Assembly (NCBI GenBank): GCA_030167865.1
Contig: JALAGF010000807.1
Coordinates: forward strand, 1-54,445
Origin: Craspedostauros australis
Lineage: Eukaryota
Reading direction: 5' to 3'
DNA length: 54,445 bases
Shown here: piece after piece, positions 32,951 through 42,921 of the stretch
Layout: the number at the start of each line of letters is the position of its first letter
Numbering within the stretch: position 1 is the first letter of the stretch
Program-made: the position numbers and the translations under genes
The notes under the pieces: model-generated
What the model was told of the DNA's origin: nothing
Databases searched by the model: none
What the model saw: the letters and a program-made list of their open reading frames with translations, nothing else

Positions 32951-35141
32951 TCACGCCGTCTTGGCTTGCGAACCACCAAAGTTCTCTTGCGAATGCCGAA
33001 TGCCAGCGCCCGCCATTTCCGAAATGTGCTCGGAATCGCGGGGTTCGTCAAATCCAAGCGCTTCACGTGCCTCCGCCATCAGAAAGACGCTGCCGCACAC
33101 AACCAGCAATTCGTTCTTCTCCTTCGCCAGTTCCAATGCCGCTTGCACTTGCTTCGTGATCGATGGATCCTTCAGATCGTACTGTCCGTCCTGCGCCAGC
33201 TCCGGGGACGCCTCCAGGATGGCCTGGACCTTTGCCGCTCGTGGATGCGCCGCCTCCACCAAGTGGACATTGGATGACGCCGTGCACGACAGAACGGATG
33301 CGGCGCATTGCGAAAGATCCTTGTCGGACGACATTCCGACCACGAATCGGTAATTGTCATCGGGATACGTCGTTTTCAATTTCTGCACGAGATACTCCAT
33401 CGCCGGCGGATTGTGCGCAACATCCAGGATGACGCGTACATCATCGTCGCGCGGCACCTCTTCGAATCGGCACGGAGGACGGATGGCGACGCCCTGTTCG
33501 ATATCGTCTGGCGTCAAGGATTCGACGAGCCGGGGATGCGATTTTTGCAATAACTTCAATGCCGCCTTGACGGTGCGGGAATTCTCCAGATCGTAGTCAT
33601 TCACGGTGGCCGGCGGGTCATCCAACACGTCGTCGGTGATGTAATAGTCTCCCGCATTCTTGTCTTTGGCGCATTGTCGCAGAACGGCGTGGGGGCAGTT
33701 GGGACCGGCCAGCACAGGTCGGCCTGGTTTGATGATGCCGCCCTTTTCGACGGCGATCAATTCAATGGTATCTCCCAGTATCCTCGTGTGTTCCAATCCG
33801 ATGGAGGTGATGATGGACATGGCAGGGTCCTGGACGATGTTGGTGGCATCCAACCGCCCGCCGAGCCCGGTCTCCAGTACGACGACGTCCACCTCCTCCT
33901 GCGCGTAAAACATGAACGCCAACGCGGTGGTTACCTCAAAGAAGGTGGCCGGCAGATCATGATCCTCGCAAGCCTGGTATATCTTGGGCAAGAGTTCGAC
34001 GACTTGCTGCTCGGAGATTAATTTGGAATTGACCTGCATCCGTTCACGGAAGCTGGAGACGTGAGGGCTGCAAAATAGACCGACCTTGAGGTTATTCTTT
34101 TGCAAGGTGTTGGCAAGCTTCAATGCGACGCTGCCTTTGCCATTCGTGCCAGCAATGTGGATTATCGTAACATTGGGCTGCGGCAGTTGTGGTTTTGCGA
34201 TTGTTCGGAAATAATGGTAGAGAAGAGAGAGAGAGAGAGACAGTGGGATGAGGATTGAGCAAGTTGACAGGACAGCATCATTGCCAATGCAGAACGTGAC
34301 TGATATCGCCACAACCATTGGAATGGCAGTTGTTGCTTTCACGAAAGGCAGCCACATCAACATCTGACGGAGCGCTGCTCGACGCCAATCTACATACTAT
34401 TCACTGGCGCAGCACACCAGCCAGCCAAGCAGCCAAACACACAAACAAACACATAATCGATACGTAAAGTCGACTCACGTTGCTCATCGGACTCCCGATC
34501 TTTTCATGCAGCTGATTCATGTTCTCGAGGCCCAATTTGACGGGATGGAACATGTTGGTCATGTACAGACGGCGGACCCAGTGTTCGTAGGGCGTGACGA
34601 CATTCTCCGCGTTGCCTTCGTTGTCGACATCATCCTTGGGTATGGGTGGCATCTTGTATTGCTTAGTGCTGCCAGACTGATCTCTTGACTGTGCGGTAGA
34701 TTGCGACTGTGATTGCAGCTGTGATGACGATTGGCCGAATGCCAGCGAAGATGATGTGGGGAATGACAAGAATGAACGTCGAATCGAGCCGTTGCGAGTG
34801 ATATCGTGGAATCGATCCGCAAACGCGTGCGTGGTTGATTGCGAGGCGAATGCGGAGTGCGCCGTTGATGATGCTGCCCTCGTTGCTTGCGTGGATTGTG
34901 ACGAAGATCGCAGGGTGGATATCAGTGTCGACCAATTGCGATGATGGATGAGACGCAGCCTCATGCCTTTGGCGCTGTGCGTACGTGCGTCCGAGTATCT
35001 TGAAGTTGATGGCGATGTGAACGCTGCCACAAGCAAGGACTGCGATGAACGACCTCCTGCAACGATGCAGAGCAAGGCAAGAACTGTGACGAGTAGTCGT
35101 GCGAGCGGTTGTACCACCAACTGCGTCTGATGTCCCAGCAT
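32951..35141 (-). CDS. FPGS: Folylpolyglutamate/dihydrofolate synthase (FolC family); two exons (35141-34479, 34177-32951), 629 aa, organelle-targeted
   Basis: IIHIAGTNGKGS, GLFCSPHV..FRERM, TFFEVTTALAF, VLETGLGGRLDATN, ILDVAHNP, VCGSVFL. Phase-0 intron GTGAGT...CGCAG. Signal peptide ending VAA-FTSP. Confidence 0.92.
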
Positions 35142-35910
35142 CCGTCGAACTTCACTCTTGATGGAGAGTGTGACGTATCCGCTCTATGCTCGTTCTTGTG
35201 CTGCCTTTCCTGTCCTTTCCTTCCTTGTTCTGTCTGTCTCTCTTCTTTTTCATTCGCTTGGACTTGTGTTGGTATGGTGCGGCAAAGGGATGTGTATGTG
35301 CGCACGGTGCTGCCCAACTTCTTCTTGTCTTCGAGTCGCTCGCAGAGTGCAGGAACAAGTGCTCGCTTGTACAGTGCCCTCGTTCTGTCTTTGTTGTCTT
35401 CACTTTCGTTCAGTTGTGATGAGATGAGTTGTGATGGGTTGAGTTGAGTTGTGTTCCTTCTCCCGAATGATCGCGTTGTTGATGTGTGCGGACACAAGTG
35501 TGTTGCCATCTCGCGATGTTCGTTTGATCGCAGTTCGTTTTGTGGTTGCATCCCTCGACAGTATTTGTGGACACATGACGTCATCACAGTGTTCTTCTGT
35601 CGATTCGATGGACTGGATCACGTTTCAAGTGGAACCATTCGTGTCTGCGATTGGACTAGTGCGACTAAATGCAACCATTTCAAACGAGAGCAACCAAGAC
35701 AATCAAATCGCAACGAGAGATCTGACCATGGCACGCTTTGAATCCATCGCACAAACCCATCCGTATCATTGCGATGCCACAATTCGTTCCATCACGCCGA
35801 GGATCATTGGCACAGAGAATAGCAGACACGACCTGCTATACTCACAAGAAACACAAGAGACCAAGCATATCACACGTCCTCGAATACTATCATACAAAAC
35901 AACACTGACG

Positions 35911-37686
35911 ATGAATTCGATCGCACCAGGAAGCTCGCGAAAGCGCAAGGAGGGCGAACTGCTGACGACCCCCGTGGCCGTTAGTTCCACACCAGACCCC
36001 GTGAACCGGGCTCGCAAGAGCACGAAGTCTCGTTCTTCGGCCACCGACGTGAAGCACACTGAGACGATACAGCACAAGAAGGCGCTGTACAGGCAAGGCA
36101 TCGAGAGCGTCAATCAGCAGCACATCGACTTGGTCACCAGCAATCCGCAGGCGTACAAGGAGCTGGACTTGCACTCCAAGATGGTGTTCGTCTCGTGCCT
36201 CGCCAACGAGGTCCAGTTCTTCCACAACCTCTACGACCGCCCGGTGGGGCACGTCGTTTCCATGGGACAGGGGGACATGCAGCAGCTGGGCATCTTCCAC
36301 CCTGGCGACGACCCCGATGCGGAGCCGGAGGTGCTCTACCCGCCCACCATCTGCCGAAGCCTCAATGCCAGCAAGAGCGTGGTGCAGGTCGCCGCGGGAG
36401 GCCTCCACAGCCTGGCGCTCACGCAGGACGGAAGGGTCTACTCCTGGGGCTGCAACGATGACGGCGCCTTGGGCCGCATCACGACCGACAGCCATCAGAC
36501 GGGCCTCGTCACGCAGATCGCGAAGGGATTCCGCCAGGAGGACGAGAACGAGATAGCCATGGTCACGTGCGGCGACTCGCACTCCCTCTTCCTCTCGCTC
36601 CGCGGCAACGTCTACATGACGGGCATGTACAAGGACGTGGATTCGGGAAAGTTCTGCAACCTGGCTCCGGGCGAAACCAACCCGCAGGGCAGCAAGTTCG
36701 AACCCACCAAGATCGACCTCTTCGATCAGCCAGTCAAGTCCATCGCCAGCGGTGCCTCCTTCAACGCCGCCATCCTGCAAGACCATTCCATGGTCACATG
36801 GGGCATGGGCCACGCCGGCGAGCTGGCGCGATCCGACGACATGACGACGGCCACGCTCGACAAGAAGACGGGCAAACGCACCTACGATCTCGGCAAGTCC
36901 TACTACGGCGAGGTCTACCTCAGCGACGAGAAGGACAAGAAGGGCAACCGCATCGAGAAGTTCCGATACAAGGCCGACGTGGTGCGCGAGCACTTCATCA
37001 AACCCAAGCCACCTCGCTGGGCAGGTCCCAGAATCAAACGTTGTGTCATCAACGTGGGCTGCGGCAGCTTCCATCTCATGGTGGCAGCGAGAGATCCTGG
37101 CCAGACGGGTTCGGTGCTCTACACCTCGGGGTTGAACAACTACGGACAGCTGGGTCATGGCGACAATGAGAGCCGCCACGAGCTCACACCCGTCGAGGCC
37201 CTGCGGCATGAGGACATCGTGCAGGTGGCTGGCGGCGAGCACTTCTCCATCGCGCTCAACACCTTCGGCAACAAGCTCTTCGCCTTTGGGCGGTCGGACT
37301 ACGGTCAGCTTGGCCTGTTCTCCAAACCGCGCCCGTCCGGAGACTTCGAGCCGACCCCCAAGCGCGTCGCATTCCCCGATTCCACCAAGAACGAAGACCT
37401 GCGCTTCAAGGAAATCATGGCGGGCGACCGCCACGCCATGGCCATCACCCTGGACAACGACATCTACACTTGGGGCTTCGGCGAGACGGGTCCTACGGGT
37501 CAGGACATGCCGGAAGATTGCGATGCCAACCGTCCGCAGAAGCTTGACGTCATGTGGCAGTACCGTAGCACCAACAAGAGCACCTGCGTCGACACGCTCA
37601 AGCTCAAGCGGGGGCTCAACGCCAAGGTACTTCATGCTGCCGGAGGTGGCCAGCATTCCTTGCTCATCGTTGAGCGATACGACTAA
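35911..37686 (+). CDS. RCC1-repeat beta-propeller protein (regulator of chromosome condensation-like)
   Basis: VQVAAGGLHSLALTQDGRVYSWGCNDDGALGR, GLNNYGQLGHGD, VAGGEHFSIAL, FGRSDYGQLG, AAGGGQHSL. N-terminal RKRK is NLS-like. Likely ATG 35911. Confidence 0.9.
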   Translation: MNSIAPGSSRKRKEGELLTTPVAVSSTPDPVNRARKSTKSRSSATDVKHTETIQHKKALYRQGIESVNQQHIDLVTSNPQAYKELDLHSKMVFVSCLANEVQFFHNLYDRPVGHVVSMGQGDMQQLGIFHPGDDPDAEPEVLYPPTICRSLNASKSVVQVAAGGLHSLALTQDGRVYSWGCNDDGALGRITTDSHQTGLVTQIAKGFRQEDENEIAMVTCGDSHSLFLSLRGNVYMTGMYKDVDSGKFCNLAPGETNPQGSKFEPTKIDLFDQPVKSIASGASFNAAILQDHSMVTWGMGHAGELARSDDMTTATLDKKTGKRTYDLGKSYYGEVYLSDEKDKKGNRIEKFRYKADVVREHFIKPKPPRWAGPRIKRCVINVGCGSFHLMVAARDPGQTGSVLYTSGLNNYGQLGHGDNESRHELTPVEALRHEDIVQVAGGEHFSIALNTFGNKLFAFGRSDYGQLGLFSKPRPSGDFEPTPKRVAFPDSTKNEDLRFKEIMAGDRHAMAITLDNDIYTWGFGETGPTGQDMPEDCDANRPQKLDVMWQYRSTNKSTCVDTLKLKRGLNAKVLHAAGGGQHSLLIVERYD

Positions 37687-38030
37687 GCAGGGACAAGTGC
37701 GAACTGACACTGTATCTTGAGTGTGGATCGCAGAGGCTCTGTCATCGCATGTGATGACCCAACAAGATACCGCCCAACTTCAAAATTTTTACTCCACGTT
37801 CAATGCCTACCAATAGAAAAAAGTGAAAATGCATCCCGGATTTAAGCTTTACTGTAGAGAGCAACACATCCGAAGGTACCGAAAAATCCGTTTCCATCGT
37901 CGCAGGCTCATAGAAACGAACGGCTTCAAGTGCCATCGAACGAGTAGCAAAACCAATTGAAGAGCACCTCGAGGGCATTGGCACCCGTACGGTATAGCAG
38001 AGGATACATCGCTCATCGCGGACTTCAACG

Positions 38031-39635
38031 ATGGGCCACGTAGCAAACGGTGAGACGATTGAATCTGCCGCAGCAACAGAGGCGGCACCCAGCAACCTCA
38101 TCAATCAGCCGTGCGCCAAGTACGCCGAGTCGACTGCTGGCATCAACCTCAAGATAACTCCCGATCTTGGACGTGTGCTGGTAGCGACAAGATCCTTCGA
38201 TGTGGGGGAACGAGTGTTCCGCGAGGAGCCGGTGCTCGTCTGGACCCCCGACGATGACGAGGAATTCATCAGCCATTTCCATTCCCTCAGCGAAGATGAT
38301 CGACGCATGATCTTGGCCATGCACCACGCACCACTTGACCATCCATCCGTGGAAAACCTGAAATCAAAGGCCCGTGATGTTGCGTACTTCTCTGGCATGG
38401 AGTATGTGACTGTCCTCAAGCTTCGCGCCATTCACGTCGCCAACGCACACCAGTATTTTGGCCACAACGAGCAGAAGTTTGAGGAGACGGTTGTCGAACG
38501 ACCACCGCCAAGAACTGCGTTGTTCCTCCTTGGATCTGTCGTGGCACATTCGTGCGAACCCAACTGCGCCTATTCCTCAAAGACCGAGGACGGGAAGTTG
38601 GAATACAAGGTTATCAGGAAGATCGATGTGGGCGACATCATCACCTTCTCCTACATCGGCGATCTGTTCTCCACCAATACAGCCCAGCGACGTCGCCATC
38701 TGCAGGTGACCAAAGCGTTCTTCTGCCGTTGCAAGCGCTGTATGAGAGCAGATGACTGCCGCGTCGTCATTTGCGAGCGATGTCATCAGAAGGTTCAATG
38801 CAAGTACGATGCGAGTGAAACGGCAAAATGGGCGTGTTCAAGCTGCTCAGACGGTGCCGAGGTTGACTTCGCAGCCGACCCATTGATTGAGAGGGTCGAA
38901 GCAAGACTTGCAAATAGCATCATCTCGATGGAAACGAGGCTTGGAATGGGCATCGGACATCTCGGAATGGGGGAGATGCAAGCGGCCGAGGCCCTTGTAA
39001 AGGATTGCTATCACTACCTGAGTCCCGTCCATGGCTTGACATCCAAAGCCCGAGAAGCCTACATCAAGATCTGCGCGTCAAAGGCGGCGGAAGCGGAAAT
39101 GATTGCATGGGGCCCAGAAATGGGCCCATTGTTCGCGAGATTTGCACCAGCGTGCGGTACGGCAAGCAGCCTGAGACTTCGAGCTGGGGTGATGGGTCTG
39201 AAGATGGTGTTGGCATGTGAATGTCAGGTGGCCGGGTGTACCGGTCTGACGTGCTCACCTCAGCTTGTCGCCAAGCACGAGCCTGTTTATGAGATGGCAC
39301 AACCAGCATTCCACGCGTTCCAAGATCTGATCAAGGCGACACCAGACATCAAGAAATGGAAACCTGCCCACATCGTCATCTTGAGACGGTACATTCCAAG
39401 TCTGCGCCTGCTTTGGGGCGAACATGACTCTGACGTTCAAGATATGGCGCAAACCTTGAACGCTGAAGGCGCGGGCACACTGTCAAATGCAGAAGCGGTC
39501 GCAGCTGAAGAAGCTGTGCAAGAGCCATTTGGGCCCAAGGTCAACTGGAAGCCGAATGCAAGCAAAAGCAACAAGAAGAAACAGAAAGGCCGCGGTACAA
39601 ACAACAAGAAGAAGAAAGGTAAGCGATGGAGGTGA
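38031..39635 (+). CDS. SMYD-type split-SET lysine methyltransferase without an evident MYND finger; basic C-terminal tail
   Basis: GRVLVATRSFDVGERVFREEP, AHSCEPNC, ITFSYI, post-SET FFCRCKRC, further CxxC pairs, Lys-rich terminus. Confidence 0.85.
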   Translation: MGHVANGETIESAAATEAAPSNLINQPCAKYAESTAGINLKITPDLGRVLVATRSFDVGERVFREEPVLVWTPDDDEEFISHFHSLSEDDRRMILAMHHAPLDHPSVENLKSKARDVAYFSGMEYVTVLKLRAIHVANAHQYFGHNEQKFEETVVERPPPRTALFLLGSVVAHSCEPNCAYSSKTEDGKLEYKVIRKIDVGDIITFSYIGDLFSTNTAQRRRHLQVTKAFFCRCKRCMRADDCRVVICERCHQKVQCKYDASETAKWACSSCSDGAEVDFAADPLIERVEARLANSIISMETRLGMGIGHLGMGEMQAAEALVKDCYHYLSPVHGLTSKAREAYIKICASKAAEAEMIAWGPEMGPLFARFAPACGTASSLRLRAGVMGLKMVLACECQVAGCTGLTCSPQLVAKHEPVYEMAQPAFHAFQDLIKATPDIKKWKPAHIVILRRYIPSLRLLWGEHDSDVQDMAQTLNAEGAGTLSNAEAVAAEEAVQEPFGPKVNWKPNASKSNKKKQKGRGTNNKKKKGKRWR

Positions 39636-40475
39636 AGATTGTGTTCGCAGTCGAATCGAACATGGGACTATTGCACCACGCAGGACGGAATATCAAAGAA
39701 GACATGAAATTCTCGGCACTCTCCCTCGCATTTCTCTGAATGAGTATCGTACCAAGGAACGATCCAGCAATCAGCGTCTCGGTGCTATCTCTCTGTGGTT
39801 GTCGGCTGCGGCAGCGACTACGACAACGAGAGGATCATACGTTCATACTATGCCATGGCATAGCAGTCTACTCGTGCTGGCATTCAAGTACAAGCCATGT
39901 GCGCCAAGTGAAAAAATGAAAAATATAAGAGAAAGATACGTACGTAGGTCTGGGCTCAATGATAACTCGACGCAAATGAATGACGCGAATGAGTTGAAGA
40001 TGGAATCGCACAACACGCACGATCTAATTTATGTATCGCATTGCATATTGTACATCACCTACGAGTTATTATATCATACAATACTGTATTCGATATATGT
40101 CGTTGTGCTCCAACAAGGGCATTCTTGATGTGACTACGAAGGCGCATTCGAGTGCCGACGGCCTATCTAGTCTTGTTATTTAGTCTGGCCGTCAGTACGA
40201 AGCTCTTCTGTTCAACACGAACCAAACAACACACAGCAACCGCCTCACTTTTTCGAGAGAAACGACATTTGATGACACATCGCAGACCAATCCACCATCT
40301 GTTCCACGCAATCAGGTCGTCTTCCTTGTTGCACTCCTCCAATACGTACGTCGCTGACCACTGCTCCACGCTACCTTAGGTACCATACTCTACCACTCAT
40401 CTGCACACACTTGGTCACCACGAGTTCACATACAATAGAGTATTCGTACAACCGTAGTCTAACTTCTCGCCAACG

Positions 40476-42686
40476 ATGGACACGGCAGATTGGGCACAGG
40501 AAGCGGAGGGGTTTCTCCACCGATACCACACGGACTTGTTGGATGCCATCAGCGAAGGCACACCTGCACACGACAGCGAGACTGCCAACGATGCGGCGAC
40601 GATGTCAAGGATCCACGAGTCCTACTTTCCGCAGTTCGATGCAGACAACGTGCGGAAGTTGGTTCAGCAGAATCCAATTCTGAAGCAGCTGGATGTCACC
40701 AACCTGCAATCCGGGCCTTTCGAGCTTCTGGAGAACGTGCGAGGATGGCAACCAGCCTTGCGCCGTCTTCCCGATGCGCGAGATGCCAAGCTGGTGACGA
40801 TGTGCCGTCGAGATTTACGTAAATCCACACGTCATGGCGACAACCTCGTGCTGGTGACGCGGCAGCATTGGTCTCTCGTGGAATGCCTGCGTTGCATGCG
40901 TGGCTGTTACACTGATGATTCGGCCTTGGCGTGCCTGCGGAACGAGTTTCAAACCAGCAACGATCACTCCCTGCAACAGGGCGTCCACAAATTGAAAATC
41001 GAGCAATCCAGCGATGCCGGGAGATACGTCTCGTTGGATGCGTCATGCGATCAGGCAGCTCAGCCGGGAGATGTCCTGTGCACGGCCACACCTTTCGTAT
41101 GCGCACCCTACGATTTCGGCGAGCATTCGGCATGCTTCCATTGCGCCAAGGATCTTGTCAGTGGAAAGGAAGACGCGTCGATGAAGAGCGGGCTGTCACA
41201 GGTTCGAGATCTGTCGCACCAATGCGCCATGTGCGGTGTCAGCCCCCTGGCATACTGCAGCGTATCGTGCCGACAATCTCATCAAGCGCAGCACGAACGT
41301 GAATGTGCACATATTCGCCCGCTCGTGGAGAGAAGCAATTTCGAGAAGGATCGCATGTTCCCATTCAAGGCGCTGCTGGTGCTTCGAGCTGCGTTGAAGG
41401 CGGTAGAGGATCCCGATGGCTTTCGGCAGCTCATGGAGCTGGAAGATCACGCTGCAGACCATCAGCAGCACCATCCAAAGTATGTTGAACATGCCAAGAG
41501 CATATCGGAATGGATCGTGTCTGATGTGTTGAACGAGAAAGACACGAAGGCAATTCTGGATGCCGCACTACCCGCGGAGAGGAAGGGGAAATGCAAAGAC
41601 GATGGTGCTGTTGGAAAGTCATCCGTTGCCGACTGTCTGGTAAAGATCTTCTTCATGATCCACATCAATGCAATCAGCCTTGGACCGCACGCGGTCGGAT
41701 TGTTCCCAGGCATGCCGTCTATGTTCAATCACAAGTGCATGGAGAATGTGACGCACAGCTGGGACGTACCCATGGCATCGTCGAATGAAGCCAAAAGCGT
41801 CGGTGGGATGCTACGATTCCGAGCCGTGGAGCAGATCAATGTCGGTGACGAGTGCTGCATCAGCTACGTCGATGGTCTGACTTTGCCCACATCCGAGCGA
41901 ACAAAGGCATTGTCGAGTTACAAATTCTTCGACTGCGGCTGCACGCGGTGTCAGTCATCAGACGAAGAAGGACGATGCGATGCCATCCAGGAATGGGACA
42001 CCGTTCAAGGAGCCATCAGCAATGCCGCCGAGAACGAGCGGCCATCTCTTCAGCTGTACAAACGCCGATGCGAGTTGGCCGATATTCTGTATCCATCCTT
42101 CTTCCTCTCGAAGGGATTGGTGTGGGAGGAGTTCGCGCATGCCGTGCTCGACGATATGGCAGAACGAAATGAGCAAAAACGAAAAGAAGAAGCAATCCAA
42201 TACCTCCAGAATGCCAGAAAGCAATACGCAACATGCCGTGGCGAAGATTCCATCTTCGTTGCGCGTGTTGACAAGGCATTGTCATCTACTCTCGTGGTGT
42301 CCAATGACGAAAATGGAGAGGGCAATGACGACGACGACGACGACGACAACGATGCACACGAGGAGGAAGATCCGAATGCTGACCTGAAATTCGCTTCGGA
42401 AGGATGGGCACCAGAGCTGCTGGAAATCAAGACGTACGAATCGTTGTCCGACGACCAGCTGGAAGACTTGTCGAGCCGCATCAAGGCATCCCTGCACAAC
42501 ACGGATGCAATCACGTGGCTGCCTGGACACCGTTCATGCGAGATTGGATTTGGCATCAGGAGTTTGGTGATTGCATGCGAGGTCAATCTCGCACATCTAT
42601 CGACGGAGGAAGTTGCAGAAACGATCCAAGATTCATTCGACGATGACGTCCAGCACGTGGACCCCATCTCAAACACCTACGAGTAA
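40476..42686 (+). CDS. SMYD SET-MYND lysine methyltransferase with C-terminal eEF1B GEF-like domain
   Basis: GRYV...PGDVLCTATP, MYND CFHC..CAMC..YCSVSC...H..EC, FNHKC..N, CCISYV, FDCGCTRC. An acidic linker follows, then LLEIKTY...ITW...EIGFGIRSLVIACEV...VQHVD. Confidence 0.87.
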   Translation: MDTADWAQEAEGFLHRYHTDLLDAISEGTPAHDSETANDAATMSRIHESYFPQFDADNVRKLVQQNPILKQLDVTNLQSGPFELLENVRGWQPALRRLPDARDAKLVTMCRRDLRKSTRHGDNLVLVTRQHWSLVECLRCMRGCYTDDSALACLRNEFQTSNDHSLQQGVHKLKIEQSSDAGRYVSLDASCDQAAQPGDVLCTATPFVCAPYDFGEHSACFHCAKDLVSGKEDASMKSGLSQVRDLSHQCAMCGVSPLAYCSVSCRQSHQAQHERECAHIRPLVERSNFEKDRMFPFKALLVLRAALKAVEDPDGFRQLMELEDHAADHQQHHPKYVEHAKSISEWIVSDVLNEKDTKAILDAALPAERKGKCKDDGAVGKSSVADCLVKIFFMIHINAISLGPHAVGLFPGMPSMFNHKCMENVTHSWDVPMASSNEAKSVGGMLRFRAVEQINVGDECCISYVDGLTLPTSERTKALSSYKFFDCGCTRCQSSDEEGRCDAIQEWDTVQGAISNAAENERPSLQLYKRRCELADILYPSFFLSKGLVWEEFAHAVLDDMAERNEQKRKEEAIQYLQNARKQYATCRGEDSIFVARVDKALSSTLVVSNDENGEGNDDDDDDDNDAHEEEDPNADLKFASEGWAPELLEIKTYESLSDDQLEDLSSRIKASLHNTDAITWLPGHRSCEIGFGIRSLVIACEVNLAHLSTEEVAETIQDSFDDDVQHVDPISNTYE

Positions 42687-42921
42687 CCCAAACTCACGGT
42701 TCTTCCTGCTCGTACCACCATGTATGGACACATTGCATACTTGGAAGGTGTTGAATTCATGCCACAAGCTAATATATGAATTATGAGCATCATGCCATAC
42801 GAGTCTGCGGCTGCATTTGTATGAAGCCATCTTCAGTATGTACCGGGACCATACTCTAACGTGATCCGGTTTGATGTTCTTCGCTTGCAAGCGCGAGCAT
42901 TTTTCGCGGAGTCGTTCTGAT

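Noticed and set aside
35890-37710. 606-aa minus-strand ORF
   Set aside because: Antisense shadow of the GC3-rich RCC1 gene, with no protein motifs.
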